This document shows positions 53,424-63,294 of a DNA stretch of 64,000 bases, piece by piece. Origin of the DNA: an uncultured Bacteroidota bacterium (GTDB lineage Bacteria > Bacteroidota > Bacteroidia > Flavobacteriales > Flavobacteriaceae); assembly GCA_902528705.1 (NCBI GenBank), contig CABZTM010000002.1:1892-65891 (forward strand). Reading direction: 5' to 3'. Under the pieces are notes generated by a model. That model made no database searches. It was not told the DNA's origin and saw only the letters and a program-made list of their open reading frames with translations. Position numbers and translations under genes: made by a program. Numbering within the stretch: position 1 is the stretch's first letter; every line of letters begins with the position of its first letter.

Positions 53424-53507
53424 CTAAAGACTAGGCTCTCTGCATAATAATATTAAACATTTGATACCAAATAAGAATTCCCAATTTTAATATCCAGAGC
53501 CTGAACT

Positions 53508-55505
53508 CTATTTCCTTACTGAATGTTTGTCAAACCAAGCATTGATGTAGCCATGAGTTCTTAAAAAGTTTGAGGGCTTACTACTTGTTCCGTGATATTC
53601 ATCATTGAACCTTATCATTACTGTGGGCACTTTATTCATTTTTAATGCTTGATAATATTCCTCAGTTTGAGAGATTGGAGTTCTTAAATCTTCCTCTCCA
53701 CACATTAACATTGTCGGAGTTTTAACATTACCAACATACATCAAAGGTGATCTTTTTATGTGCTCACTAGGGTCTTCCCAAGGATATTTTTCAAAATTAT
53801 AATACCACACTGCACCGTCAGTGGTTCCCACAAAAGAAAACCAATTTGTAACTGGATAATTAACCGAAGCTGCAGCAAAACGATCAGTCTTTCCAACTAT
53901 CCAACTCGTTAAAACTCCACCACCACTTCCACCGTATACATACATTCTGTCCTCATCAATATATCCTCTTGAAATAACTTCATCTACACCATACATAATA
54001 TCATCATAATCATTTCCTGGATAGGCATTTTGGATTGCATTAGCAAAGTCATAACCATATCCAGTAGATCCTCTTGGGTTTGTGTATAATACAACTTGTT
54101 CTTGAGCTGCATGTAGTTGGAAATTATAGTTGAATCCGACATGATACATGCTGTGAGGACCTCCGTGAATTCGCAACACTAAAGGATATTTTTTATTTGA
54201 ATCAAAGTTTGGGGGTTTTACAATCCACCCTTGTACATTTTCACCATCTATTGACTTGTAGGTCAACTCTTCCACTTCTCCTAACTCTACGTTGTAAAAT
54301 ATATCCTTGTTCACATCAGTTAGGCGATTCATTTGATTTGGTTTATCTAGTGAAAAGCTGACAATATCACTTGGGTTTGATGGATCAGTCCATGTTGCTA
54401 CTGCATTACTCCCAGCTAAATCATTCATTGTTAACATGTGATTGCCATTTGTAATTTTTTTTACCCTTCCCTTCATGTCTGCTTTATATACGTTACTCTG
54501 TCCAAATTCTCTTACATTGAAGTAAACAGCAGAACTATTTTTTCCCCACATAGCTCCACTTGGTGTTTGATCTAAGTCATTACTAATGCACTTAAGATTT
54601 TTGCCATCAATATCCATAACATACATTTTACGATCTTGATAGAAATTCTTGGTCCATGTAGAACCTATAAAAGCGATCTTAGATCCATCAGGGGAGACAC
54701 TTGGTGAAGACTCTGTTCCATCTCTGGATGTTAGTTCGCTTATGTTTAGGTTATTTATATTAACAGAGTATAAATTTGAATGTCCTCTTGCATATTCAGC
54801 ATCTTTCTTTTGATAGCTACTAAATACAATTGTTTCGCTATCCCTTAACCATGAAATTCCACCAGAAACATCATCAAACTCACCAAATGTAATTTGTCTT
54901 GATGTTCCACCATCAGATGGAACAATGAATAGCTGACGAAAACCTCTGTCAAGAAAACCAACACGATCTTGGCTGTAATCTACTTGGTCAATTACTTGAG
55001 GCCCCTTAGTCCAAGTTGCTCCATCAGGTCTTTTTGGAACATCTAAAGGTTTTAATGCGGGGTCACTGGGTACGTGCATTATGAAGGCAATGTATTTCCC
55101 ATCAGGAGACCATTCTATACTTGAAGGTGATTTGTCTAGTTTTGTTATTTGAGTAGGCTCCCCTTCAACTCCTAAGTATTTTACAAAGATTTGTGTTCCT
55201 TTTGGTTCACCATCTTTAGTGAATGCTACCCTCTTTCCATCTGGTGACCATTTGCCATTAGATCCATTTAGGAAAAACCTGTTGGTTGTACCATTTTTAT
55301 CCATAATCCATAAATCAGTCTCTCTTTTGTCATCAACTAAGTTGATCCAAGACCTTGAGTAGATAATCTGTTCACCATTGGGTGATAGAGATGGGTTTGA
55401 TGTCCATTCATAATTTTTGTAATGTTCAAGTGACAGTTTTATTTTATCTTGACTGTATGTGAAGATTAGAAAAAAAATAAATATAAACGATAATGTATGT
55501 TTCAT
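53508..55505 (-). CDS. S9 family serine peptidase (prolyl oligopeptidase / acylaminoacyl-peptidase type) with N-terminal beta-propeller
   Basis: After the signal peptide come repeated SPDGK/SPNGE propeller motifs. The hydrolase domain has GGSGGG (nucleophile elbow GxSxGG: VYGGSGGGVL), a conserved Asp in GEEDLRTP and a His in EYHG. Confidence 0.9.
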   Translation of the reverse strand: MKHTLSFIFIFFLIFTYSQDKIKLSLEHYKNYEWTSNPSLSPNGEQIIYSRSWINLVDDKRETDLWIMDKNGTTNRFFLNGSNGKWSPDGKRVAFTKDGEPKGTQIFVKYLGVEGEPTQITKLDKSPSSIEWSPDGKYIAFIMHVPSDPALKPLDVPKRPDGATWTKGPQVIDQVDYSQDRVGFLDRGFRQLFIVPSDGGTSRQITFGEFDDVSGGISWLRDSETIVFSSYQKKDAEYARGHSNLYSVNINNLNISELTSRDGTESSPSVSPDGSKIAFIGSTWTKNFYQDRKMYVMDIDGKNLKCISNDLDQTPSGAMWGKNSSAVYFNVREFGQSNVYKADMKGRVKKITNGNHMLTMNDLAGSNAVATWTDPSNPSDIVSFSLDKPNQMNRLTDVNKDIFYNVELGEVEELTYKSIDGENVQGWIVKPPNFDSNKKYPLVLRIHGGPHSMYHVGFNYNFQLHAAQEQVVLYTNPRGSTGYGYDFANAIQNAYPGNDYDDIMYGVDEVISRGYIDEDRMYVYGGSGGGVLTSWIVGKTDRFAAASVNYPVTNWFSFVGTTDGAVWYYNFEKYPWEDPSEHIKRSPLMYVGNVKTPTMLMCGEEDLRTPISQTEEYYQALKMNKVPTVMIRFNDEYHGTSSKPSNFLRTHGYINAWFDKHSVRK

Positions 55506-55530
55506 AGTTTATAAACTTTATTATGTAAAA

Positions 55531-55568
55531 ATAAAAAAACGGTTAACTATATAATAGTACAACCGTTT
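55531..55568 (-). terminator. hairpin plus T-run downstream of the tRNA
   Basis: On the minus strand: AAACGGTT, a 16-nt loop, AACCGTTT, followed by TTTTTATTTTT. The large loop lowers confidence. Confidence 0.5.
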
Positions 55569-55579
55569 TATTGTTTTAG

Positions 55580-55652
<73 letters not shown>

Positions 55653-55720
55653 AAATGGAGGACGAATTTACAATTTTTTGATTTTATAACAAAAAATCTT
55701 GAGTATTACCCTTAAGAAGT

Positions 55721-55728
55721 TAAATTTG
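55721..55728 (+). promoter_or_regulatory. candidate -7 box (TAAATTTG) for era-der
   Basis: Perfect TAnnTTTG match ending 4 nt before the GTG at 55733. Confidence 0.4.
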
Positions 55729-55732
55729 CCAC

Positions 55733-56608
55733 GTGTTTAAATCAGGTTTCGTAAATATTATTGGGTATCCAAATGCTGGTAAGTCAACATTGATAAATTC
55801 ACTTTTGAATGATAAATTGTCAATTATAACAGAGAAAGCTCAAACAACTAGACATAAGATAATTGGGATTGAAAATACTAATAATTATCAATTAATATTC
55901 ACTGATAATCCAGGTTTTACAAAACCTTCTAATATTATCCATGAATACATGAATAAAAAGGTAAAAGAATCGATAATAGATGGCGATATTATATTATACG
56001 TCGTCGATTTGAGTTCAAAGTCCATTGAATATGTTGATTTAAATGAAAAATTGAAAAAAATCAAGGTTCCTTTGATCATAGTTTTAAATAAAATTGATAA
56101 AGTGGACCAAAAAATTTTGGAAAATATTTCATCAAAATGGAAAATAGAATTTAATAATGCGGAGATCTGGACAACTTCAGCGTTAAATAAATTTAATGTA
56201 GAAAATCTGAAAGAAAGAATTATAGAATTACTTCCAGAGGGTCCAAAATATTTCCCTGATGATCAATGGACTGATAAATCTGAGCGATTTTTTGTAAATG
56301 AGATCATTAGAGAAAAAATATTCAAGTATTACAAGGAAGAGATTCCCTATTCATCTGAAGTTGTAACAGAAAAGTTCAAGTATAGAAACAAAGTTTTTAG
56401 GATAAGTAGTTCAATAATTGTTGAAAGAAATTCCCAGAAAGCAATAATTATTGGAAATAAAGGTTCTTCTTTAAAAAAAGTAGCATCACAATCTAGAACT
56501 GATCTTGAAAAATTCTTCAATCAAAAAGTTTTTTTAGAGATAAATGTGAAAGTTGTCAAAGATTGGAGAAAGAAATCACAACAGCTTAAAAATTTTGGCT
56601 ATAATTAA
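55733..56608 (+). CDS. era: GTPase Era
   Basis: KSGFVNIIGYPNAGKST (G1), DNPG (G3) and NKID (G4) are present, with a C-terminal KH domain (IIGNKGSSLKKV). GTG is the only in-frame start before the G1 motif. Confidence 0.93.
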   Translation: MFKSGFVNIIGYPNAGKSTLINSLLNDKLSIITEKAQTTRHKIIGIENTNNYQLIFTDNPGFTKPSNIIHEYMNKKVKESIIDGDIILYVVDLSSKSIEYVDLNEKLKKIKVPLIIVLNKIDKVDQKILENISSKWKIEFNNAEIWTTSALNKFNVENLKERIIELLPEGPKYFPDDQWTDKSERFFVNEIIREKIFKYYKEEIPYSSEVVTEKFKYRNKVFRISSSIIVERNSQKAIIIGNKGSSLKKVASQSRTDLEKFFNQKVFLEINVKVVKDWRKKSQQLKNFGYN

Positions 56609-56610
56609 AG

Positions 56611-57915
56611 ATGAATAAAATTGTTGCAATAGTAGGAAGACCCAACGTTGGAAAATCAACATTATTCAATCGTCTAGCAAAAAAAAATCAAGCGATTGTT
56701 GATTCTCGTAGTGGGGTAACAAGGGATCGCCATTACTCAATATCTGATTGGAATGGAAAAACATTTACGATTATAGATACTGGTGGGTATGTTAAGGGTG
56801 GAAGTGACAGTTATGAAAAAGAGATCGACAATCAAGTAATGATTGCTATTGAGGAGTGTGATTCAGTAATTTTTGTTGTTGATGTTTTGGACGGGGTTAA
56901 CTCTTCAGACAGGGATATTGCAAAAATTTTACACAGAACAAGTAAAAGTGTTTTTTTGGTGGTCAATAAAGTTGATAAAAATATTATGATTAAGGATTCC
57001 TTAGAATTTTATTCACTAGGTTTTGAAAAAATTTATTCAGTTTCTGCTATAAATGGACTTGGGACTGGTGACTTTTTAGACGAACTGGTTAAAAACTTTA
57101 ATTCTGACTCTGAACAACCCAATCTTGAAATACCATCATTTGCTGTTGTTGGCAGACCAAATGCAGGTAAATCATCTTTTATCAACTCATTAATTGGAGA
57201 GGAAAGAAATATTGTAAAAGATGAGCCAGGAACAACAAGAGATAGTATCGATACTAGATATAATAAATTTGGATTTGACTTTAATCTTGTTGATACAGCA
57301 GGAATAAGAAAAAAATCTAAGATTAATAATGATCTTGAGTTTTACTCAGTTGTGAGATCAATTAAGTCAATTGAAAAAAGCGATGTAAGTCTTCTAATGA
57401 TTGATGCAACAAGAAGTTTTGATAGTCAAATTAAAAATATTTTTTGGTTGGCCCATCGCAGAAATAAGGGAGTTGTAATTTTAGTAAATAAGTGGGATTT
57501 AGTTGACAAAAATAATTTATCGGCAAAAGATTTTGAAAAGAAAATAAAAGAAGAAATTGAACCATTTGTAGATGTTCCAATAATCTTTATTTCAACTTTA
57601 AAAAAACAAAGAATTTTTAAGGCACTTGAACTTGCAATCAAAGTCTATGAGAACAGAAGACGAAAGATAAAAACTAGTAAACTAAATGATGATTTATTAG
57701 ATATTGTTTCTAAAAATCCACCACCCTCTATAAAAGGTAAATATGTTAAAATTAAGTTTTGTAATCAATTACCTGGTTATTACCCTCAATTTGTATTCTA
57801 TTGTAACTTACCAAAGTATGTCAAAGAACCTTATAAAAGATTTATAGAAAATAAAATTAGGAGTATATATAATTTTGAGGGTGTCCCAATCACAATATAT
57901 TTTAGAAAGAAATAA
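56611..57915 (+). CDS. der: ribosome-associated GTPase Der (EngA), two GTPase domains
   Basis: There are two G1 loops, GRPNVGKST and GRPNAGKSS, and two NKxD motifs, NKVD and NKWD. A C-terminal KH-like domain follows. Confidence 0.95.
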   Translation: MNKIVAIVGRPNVGKSTLFNRLAKKNQAIVDSRSGVTRDRHYSISDWNGKTFTIIDTGGYVKGGSDSYEKEIDNQVMIAIEECDSVIFVVDVLDGVNSSDRDIAKILHRTSKSVFLVVNKVDKNIMIKDSLEFYSLGFEKIYSVSAINGLGTGDFLDELVKNFNSDSEQPNLEIPSFAVVGRPNAGKSSFINSLIGEERNIVKDEPGTTRDSIDTRYNKFGFDFNLVDTAGIRKKSKINNDLEFYSVVRSIKSIEKSDVSLLMIDATRSFDSQIKNIFWLAHRRNKGVVILVNKWDLVDKNNLSAKDFEKKIKEEIEPFVDVPIIFISTLKKQRIFKALELAIKVYENRRRKIKTSKLNDDLLDIVSKNPPPSIKGKYVKIKFCNQLPGYYPQFVFYCNLPKYVKEPYKRFIENKIRSIYNFEGVPITIYFRKK

Positions 57916-58233
57916 TTACAGTTCTTTTCTTATACCCTCTAAGGTATTTTTTAATTTTTCAAGCTTTTTTAAAACGTTAATTTTATCAGAATCATATTTG
58001 ATTTTTTCTTTTGCACCATCAATAGTAAATCCTCTTTTTTTTATTAAACTGTAAATTAAACTTATATTTTCTATATCTACTTTACTATACCTTCGTGTTC
58101 CTTTGAGATTTTTTTTTGGTTTTAATAATTCGAATTCTTTTTCCCAAAACCTCAGTAACGATGTTCTTACATTAAAAGCTTTTGCTATTTCACCTATACT
58201 GTAATACAACTTTTCAGGTAAATCTAGATTCAT
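57916..58233 (-). CDS. MerR family transcriptional regulator, DNA-binding domain only
   Basis: YSIGEIAKAFNVRTSLLRFWEKEF...GTRRYSKVDIENISLIYSLIKKRGFTIDGAKE is a MerR winged HTH plus a short coiled coil. The protein is 105 aa with no effector domain. Confidence 0.85.
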   Translation of the reverse strand: MNLDLPEKLYYSIGEIAKAFNVRTSLLRFWEKEFELLKPKKNLKGTRRYSKVDIENISLIYSLIKKRGFTIDGAKEKIKYDSDKINVLKKLEKLKNTLEGIRKEL

Positions 58234-58234
58234 A

Positions 58235-59212
58235 TTAGTCTAAAGATTGATTCTCCTGGCTCGCTATTTTCAAAATTTCATCAAACTCGTCAGCTGTCAG
58301 ATTACCATAAAAATAATTAACTGGGTCAACTCTTCTACCATCTTTTAATACTTCATAGTGTAAATGAAATCCCTTTGATCTTCCAGTATTTCCAACATAT
58401 CCTATCACATCACCCTTATTCACTTTTTGACCTCTTTTTACATTATATGAATTTAAGTGTGCATAAATTGTAGAATATCCATAACCGTGATTTATTCTAA
58501 TGTGTTTACCATAGCCTGACGATCTACTGTCTGCTCGAGTAATTGTGCCGTTAGATGCTGCATAGACAGGTGTATTTCTTGGTGCGGAAAAATCAAGACC
58601 TTGATGCATTTTACGGGACTTATCAAATGGGTCAGTTCTCATTCCGAAACCTGACGCAATTCTAGTCAAATCATCGTTTCTTATGGGTTGAATTGAAGGT
58701 ATTGCAGCAAGCATTTCTTGTTTATCTTTTACAAGTTTTTCAATCTCATCAAGAGATTTGGATTGAATTACTAATTGTTTTGTTAAAACTTCAAGTTTTT
58801 TGGTTGTTTCAATTATAATATCAGAGTTTTCATAACCCTCCAGTTCAGAATATCGATTCACACCACCAAAACCTGCTTTTCTAATATCTTCATCAATTGG
58901 GTTTACTTCAAATAAAACCCTGTATATGTTATTATCTCTTTCCTCTATATTATTAAGCACTATCTCGAGTTGTTCTAATTTTTTATTTAAAATTCCAATT
59001 TGAATTTCATAATTTTTTAGCTCTCTAGATTGTGAAAGTTCAGTAGGTGTATTGATTGCAGGTGTATTAATAATTATAAGAAGAGTAATAGTACCAAAAA
59101 AAAATGATGCAAGAGAAAAAGATAGTACACTCAAAAACCTATCCTTCTTGGATGTAGTAATCTTCTTATAGGACAATGATTCTTTGTCGTAATAATATTT
59201 TGACTTACTCAT
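58235..59212 (-). CDS. M23 family metallopeptidase with N-terminal membrane anchor and coiled coil
   Basis: One TM helix, a coiled-coil region, then the LytM domain with HQGLDF (HxxxD) and GFHLHYEV (HxH). Confidence 0.9.
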   Translation of the reverse strand: MSKSKYYYDKESLSYKKITTSKKDRFLSVLSFSLASFFFGTITLLIIINTPAINTPTELSQSRELKNYEIQIGILNKKLEQLEIVLNNIEERDNNIYRVLFEVNPIDEDIRKAGFGGVNRYSELEGYENSDIIIETTKKLEVLTKQLVIQSKSLDEIEKLVKDKQEMLAAIPSIQPIRNDDLTRIASGFGMRTDPFDKSRKMHQGLDFSAPRNTPVYAASNGTITRADSRSSGYGKHIRINHGYGYSTIYAHLNSYNVKRGQKVNKGDVIGYVGNTGRSKGFHLHYEVLKDGRRVDPVNYFYGNLTADEFDEILKIASQENQSLD

Positions 59213-59295
59213 AAAAAATTTACTTTTGGTTGAGTACTAGGTATTTATTTTTTTACTTTGTAAATATAAAAATTCTATTTATTAAGAACACCTAA

Positions 59296-61905
59296 ATGAA
59301 AGCATCTGAAATAAGAGAGAAATTCATCAAGTTTTTTAAAGATAAGGATCACTCAGTTGTTCCATCATCAACAATTGTAGCAAAAAACGATCCAAGTCTA
59401 ATGTTTACAAATGCTGGTATGAATCAATTCAAAAGTATTTTTCTCGGTGATAAATCAAATAACACTTTAAAAAGAGTGGTGAATTCACAAAAGTGCTTAA
59501 GGGTTTCGGGAAAACACAATGATCTCGAAGAAGTTGGTGTTGATCACTATCATCATACCATGTTCGAAATGTTAGGTAACTGGAGTTTTGGAGACTATTT
59601 TAAAGAAGAAATTATCAAATGGAGTTATGAATTACTCACAAAGACCTATGGTTTAAGTTCTGATGATTTGTATGTCTCAATTTTTCAGGGAGATAAAATT
59701 GATAAAACATCAAAAGATGATGAAGCTTTTAAAATATGGTCTGAAATTGTTGGACATGAAAAAATCATTTTGGGAAATAAAAAAGATAATTTTTGGGAGA
59801 TGGGTGACAGTGGACCGTGTGGACCATGTTCAGAAATACACATTGACTTAAGATCTGATTCTGAAAAATCGAAAATTCCAGGTAAAAATCTGGTAAACAT
59901 GGATCACCCAAATGTTATTGAGTTGTGGAACTTAGTTTTTATTCAATACAATAGATTATCAAATGGAACTTTGGTTGAACTTCCAGAAAAACACATCGAT
60001 ACTGGAATGGGGTTTGAAAGACTTGTCCGAGTAATCCAGAAAAAAGATTCAAATTATGATACGGATATTTTTATGCCTTTGATTATCGCTATTGAGGGTA
60101 TGAGTGATAAAAAATATGGATCTAATGAAGAAGTTGATGTGGCTATGAGAGTTATAGCTGACCATGTAAGAGCTGTTTCTTTTTGTATTTGTGACGGACA
60201 AATACCAGGAAATACAGGAGCTGGCTACGTCGTCAGAAGAATATTAAGAAGAGCTGTTCGTTATGGGTACACTTTTTTAAAAATAAAAACACCATTTATT
60301 CATAATTTAGTCAATGTAATATCAGATCAATTTGAAGATTTTTTCCCTGAGTTATCAAAAAATAAAGATTTCATTAAATCTATCATTATTGAGGAAGAGA
60401 GTTCTTTTTTGAAAACCCTTTCAGATGGAATTTTAAGATTGGATACTATTACCAAAGATTCAAAATCAACAAAGGTTTCTGGAAAGGTAGTATTTGAATT
60501 GTATGATACATATGGTTTTCCCTCTGATTTAACATCACTTATATTAAGGGAAAAAAATATTACTTATGATCATAACGAATATACTCTTGAGCTGGAAAAA
60601 CAAAAATCAAGATCCAGATCAGTTACTGATTTGCAAATTGAAGACTGGAATATTTTAGATAATTCTAATTCTAGTATTTTTTTAGGCTATGATAAACTAT
60701 CATTAAAAACTAAGATAAATAAGTATAGATTGGTTTCAACAAAGAATAAAAAGTTTATTCAAGTTGTACTAAACAAAACCCCCTTTTATCCAGAAGGTGG
60801 TGGACAAATAGGGGATAGAGGATATTTAGAATCTCATAATGGTGTAAAAATCAGAGTATTTAATACAAAAAAGGAAAATGATGAAATCATACATTTTATT
60901 GATGCAAAAGATTTTATTGACAACAACGAAATTATGGCACTAGTTGACATTCAAATGAGAAAAAAATGTTCCTCAAACCATACTGCCACTCACCTTCTTC
61001 ATCAAGCTCTGAGAGAAATTCTTGGTAGTCATATTGAGCAAAAAGGTTCAATGGTTTCTGATAAATATTTAAGATTCGATTTTTCCCATTTTAAAAAAAT
61101 TGAGCAAAACATATTAAATGAAATAGAAGAGTTTGTGAATAATAAAATTGACGAATCAATTGAACTTATTGAGAATAGAAATCAGAAATATGATGAAGCT
61201 ATAAAAGAAGGAGTTGTAGCGCTATTTGGAGAAAAATATGGAAAAGTTGTTCGATCAATAAAATTTGGAAATTCCTATGAGCTATGTGGTGGAACACATG
61301 TTCAAAACACCATTCAATTGAGAAATTTTGTTATATTATCTGAAAGTTCAATTGCATCAGGAATCAGAAGAATTGAGGCAATTTCTGGTCCTGGAGCTTC
61401 AAAGTTTTTGAGGGATAAAAGAACAGAAGTAAGCAATATTTCAGATATTTTGTCAAGCAATACAAACCTGATTGACTCTGTCAAAAATATAAAGGATCAA
61501 AACACTCAGATATCAAAAGATTTAAAATCAACCCAAATCAAATTAATTGATTTTTATTCAGATAAATGGTTGGGTCAAGTTGAAAAAATAAAATCATTTA
61601 ATTTTTTATTTAAAAAATTGAATTTAGAACCAAGTTTTGTTAAATCACTGTGTTTAAATCTCAGTAAAATTATAAACGAACATATTATAATATTAGTGAC
61701 AGACTCAAATAATAAGTATAATATTTTTGTATCGGTTTCTAATTTACTAGTTGAGTCTGAAGGTTTATCAGCCTCTGTAATTATAAAAAGTATATGTGAC
61801 TCTATTGATGGTGGCGGAGGTGGTCAAAGTACTTTTGCATCTGGGTCTGGCCCAAACAAAGCTGATATAGTTAGTGTTATAACAAAGATTAAGGAGAACC
61901 TTTAG
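59296..61905 (+). CDS. alaS: alanine--tRNA ligase
   Basis: RVSGKHNDLEEVG, TMFEMLGNWSFGDYFK and GPCGPCSEIH are present. The editing domain has HTATHLLHQAL and CGGTHV, and a C-terminal DHHA1-like GGGGG motif follows. Confidence 0.97.
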   Translation: MKASEIREKFIKFFKDKDHSVVPSSTIVAKNDPSLMFTNAGMNQFKSIFLGDKSNNTLKRVVNSQKCLRVSGKHNDLEEVGVDHYHHTMFEMLGNWSFGDYFKEEIIKWSYELLTKTYGLSSDDLYVSIFQGDKIDKTSKDDEAFKIWSEIVGHEKIILGNKKDNFWEMGDSGPCGPCSEIHIDLRSDSEKSKIPGKNLVNMDHPNVIELWNLVFIQYNRLSNGTLVELPEKHIDTGMGFERLVRVIQKKDSNYDTDIFMPLIIAIEGMSDKKYGSNEEVDVAMRVIADHVRAVSFCICDGQIPGNTGAGYVVRRILRRAVRYGYTFLKIKTPFIHNLVNVISDQFEDFFPELSKNKDFIKSIIIEEESSFLKTLSDGILRLDTITKDSKSTKVSGKVVFELYDTYGFPSDLTSLILREKNITYDHNEYTLELEKQKSRSRSVTDLQIEDWNILDNSNSSIFLGYDKLSLKTKINKYRLVSTKNKKFIQVVLNKTPFYPEGGGQIGDRGYLESHNGVKIRVFNTKKENDEIIHFIDAKDFIDNNEIMALVDIQMRKKCSSNHTATHLLHQALREILGSHIEQKGSMVSDKYLRFDFSHFKKIEQNILNEIEEFVNNKIDESIELIENRNQKYDEAIKEGVVALFGEKYGKVVRSIKFGNSYELCGGTHVQNTIQLRNFVILSESSIASGIRRIEAISGPGASKFLRDKRTEVSNISDILSSNTNLIDSVKNIKDQNTQISKDLKSTQIKLIDFYSDKWLGQVEKIKSFNFLFKKLNLEPSFVKSLCLNLSKIINEHIIILVTDSNNKYNIFVSVSNLLVESEGLSASVIIKSICDSIDGGGGGQSTFASGSGPNKADIVSVITKIKENL

Positions 61906-62423
61906 TTTAAAGATGGTGGATAGGATTCCATCACTTGAGATACAAAATTAGAAATCAATTGGTCTCTAGAGAGTTTATTTGAGGTGAGTGATCCTGAACC
62001 ATTTCCTTGCCATATTAATTTACCCGTCTTTGAATCAACAATGTCGATATAAAGTAATCCAACAACTTTGGTGAAAGGTTTGTAGGTTCCAGAGCCATAA
62101 CCATAGTAAGGGAAGTACCACCCATAATAATTATAATCGTTGTACCTATTTATGTAAACATTTTCCTTTGATTTGGTATCTATAGAAACTATTAGGTCTG
62201 GATTTTTAGAAAATGAATAGCCCTTTGAATTTAGATATGACTCAACAGAGCTAAGAATTCTTTTTTTATCAATATCTGAAATTTCTAAATTTTCAATCTG
62301 CTCTTTAGAAAAAGCATACGTATTATATTCTGAGAAATCCGAACTACTATCGTAATCATACGCGACTCTTACTGATCCGCAAGAAAGGATAAAAAAAGAC
62401 AAGATGAAAAGTATTAATCTCAT
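61902..62423 (-). CDS. DUF4136-like lipoprotein
   Basis: Lipobox FILSC-GS. VAYDYDSSSDFSEYNTYAF and GLLYIDIVDSKTGKLIWQG resemble the DUF4136 family. Confidence 0.65.
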   Translation of the reverse strand: MRLILFILSFFILSCGSVRVAYDYDSSSDFSEYNTYAFSKEQIENLEISDIDKKRILSSVESYLNSKGYSFSKNPDLIVSIDTKSKENVYINRYNDYNYYGWYFPYYGYGSGTYKPFTKVVGLLYIDIVDSKTGKLIWQGNGSGSLTSNKLSRDQLISNFVSQVMESYPPSLN

Positions 62424-62490
62424 TGATAATAAAAATACAATAATTATGCCTAAAAAATTTCATTTAAAAAGTTATTAATAATTTTAATGT

Positions 62491-63291
62491 ATGAGAGTTG
62501 GTAGTAAAATCTACTTAATTTTAATATTTTCCATTTTGATGTCATCTTGTAGTCTTTTGAAACTACCTGGAAAAATTATCAAGGCACCACTAAATATAAA
62601 GAGATCAATTACAAAAAAACTTGACTCTAGATCTAATCAATTTGAAAAATTTATAAGAAATTTAAGCTCCGAGGAGAGAAAAAAATGGTATATAAAAACA
62701 TATTCAGGATTAGCTATTCAACAGATGAAAAAATATAAAATTCCAGCAAGTATTATCTTAGCTCAAGGAATGGTTGAGTCAGCTTCGGGGTCAAGTAATT
62801 TAGCATTAAAATCTAACAACCATTTTGGTATAAAATGCCACCAAGAGTGGAGGGGTAAAAAAGTCTATCATGATGATGATGAAAAAAATGAATGTTTTAG
62901 AAAATATAATTCACCTGTAGATAGCTATAAGGATCATTCTGAATTTTTAACTACAAGGGGGCGTTACTCATTTCTTTTTAGACTCCCGAAAGACCATTAT
63001 GTAAAGTGGGCAAATGGTTTAAAAAAAGCAGGCTACGCTACAGATCCTAATTATCCAAAAAAATTGATTAGAACTATTGAGGAAAATAAACTTTGGAAAT
63101 TTGATGGCTCAAAAAAACCTTTGAAACAAAAGAAAACTAAAGAATTAAAAAACATTCATACAGTTCAAAGGGGTGATACATTGTATTCTATATCTAAAAA
63201 ATATAATATTTCAATAGAAGACATTATGAAAATAAATAATCTAAAAAACAATCAGATTAGTATTGGACAAGAAATTAAATACGTAAACTAA
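62491..63291 (+). CDS. peptidoglycan hydrolase: glucosaminidase (GH73) domain plus C-terminal LysM
   Basis: IPASIILAQGMVESASGSSNLALKSNNHFGIKC and GYATDPNYPKKLI are GH73 motifs. The LysM domain is HTVQRGDTLYSISKKYNISIEDIMKINNL. Confidence 0.88.
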   Translation: MRVGSKIYLILIFSILMSSCSLLKLPGKIIKAPLNIKRSITKKLDSRSNQFEKFIRNLSSEERKKWYIKTYSGLAIQQMKKYKIPASIILAQGMVESASGSSNLALKSNNHFGIKCHQEWRGKKVYHDDDEKNECFRKYNSPVDSYKDHSEFLTTRGRYSFLFRLPKDHYVKWANGLKKAGYATDPNYPKKLIRTIEENKLWKFDGSKKPLKQKKTKELKNIHTVQRGDTLYSISKKYNISIEDIMKINNLKNNQISIGQEIKYVN

Positions 63292-63294
63292 AAT

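Noticed and set aside
53433-53502. 7-bp inverted repeat AGGCTCT ... AGAGCCT downstream of the S9 peptidase gene
   Set aside because: The arms are separated by a 56-nt AT-rich loop and no T-run follows, so it is unconvincing as a terminator or structured RNA.
59221-59228. TACTTTTG upstream of alaS as a -7 box
   Set aside because: It is a perfect motif match, but it lies 68 nt from the ATG in an AT-rich spacer where chance matches are expected. I left it uncalled because there is no supporting -33 element or conservation data.
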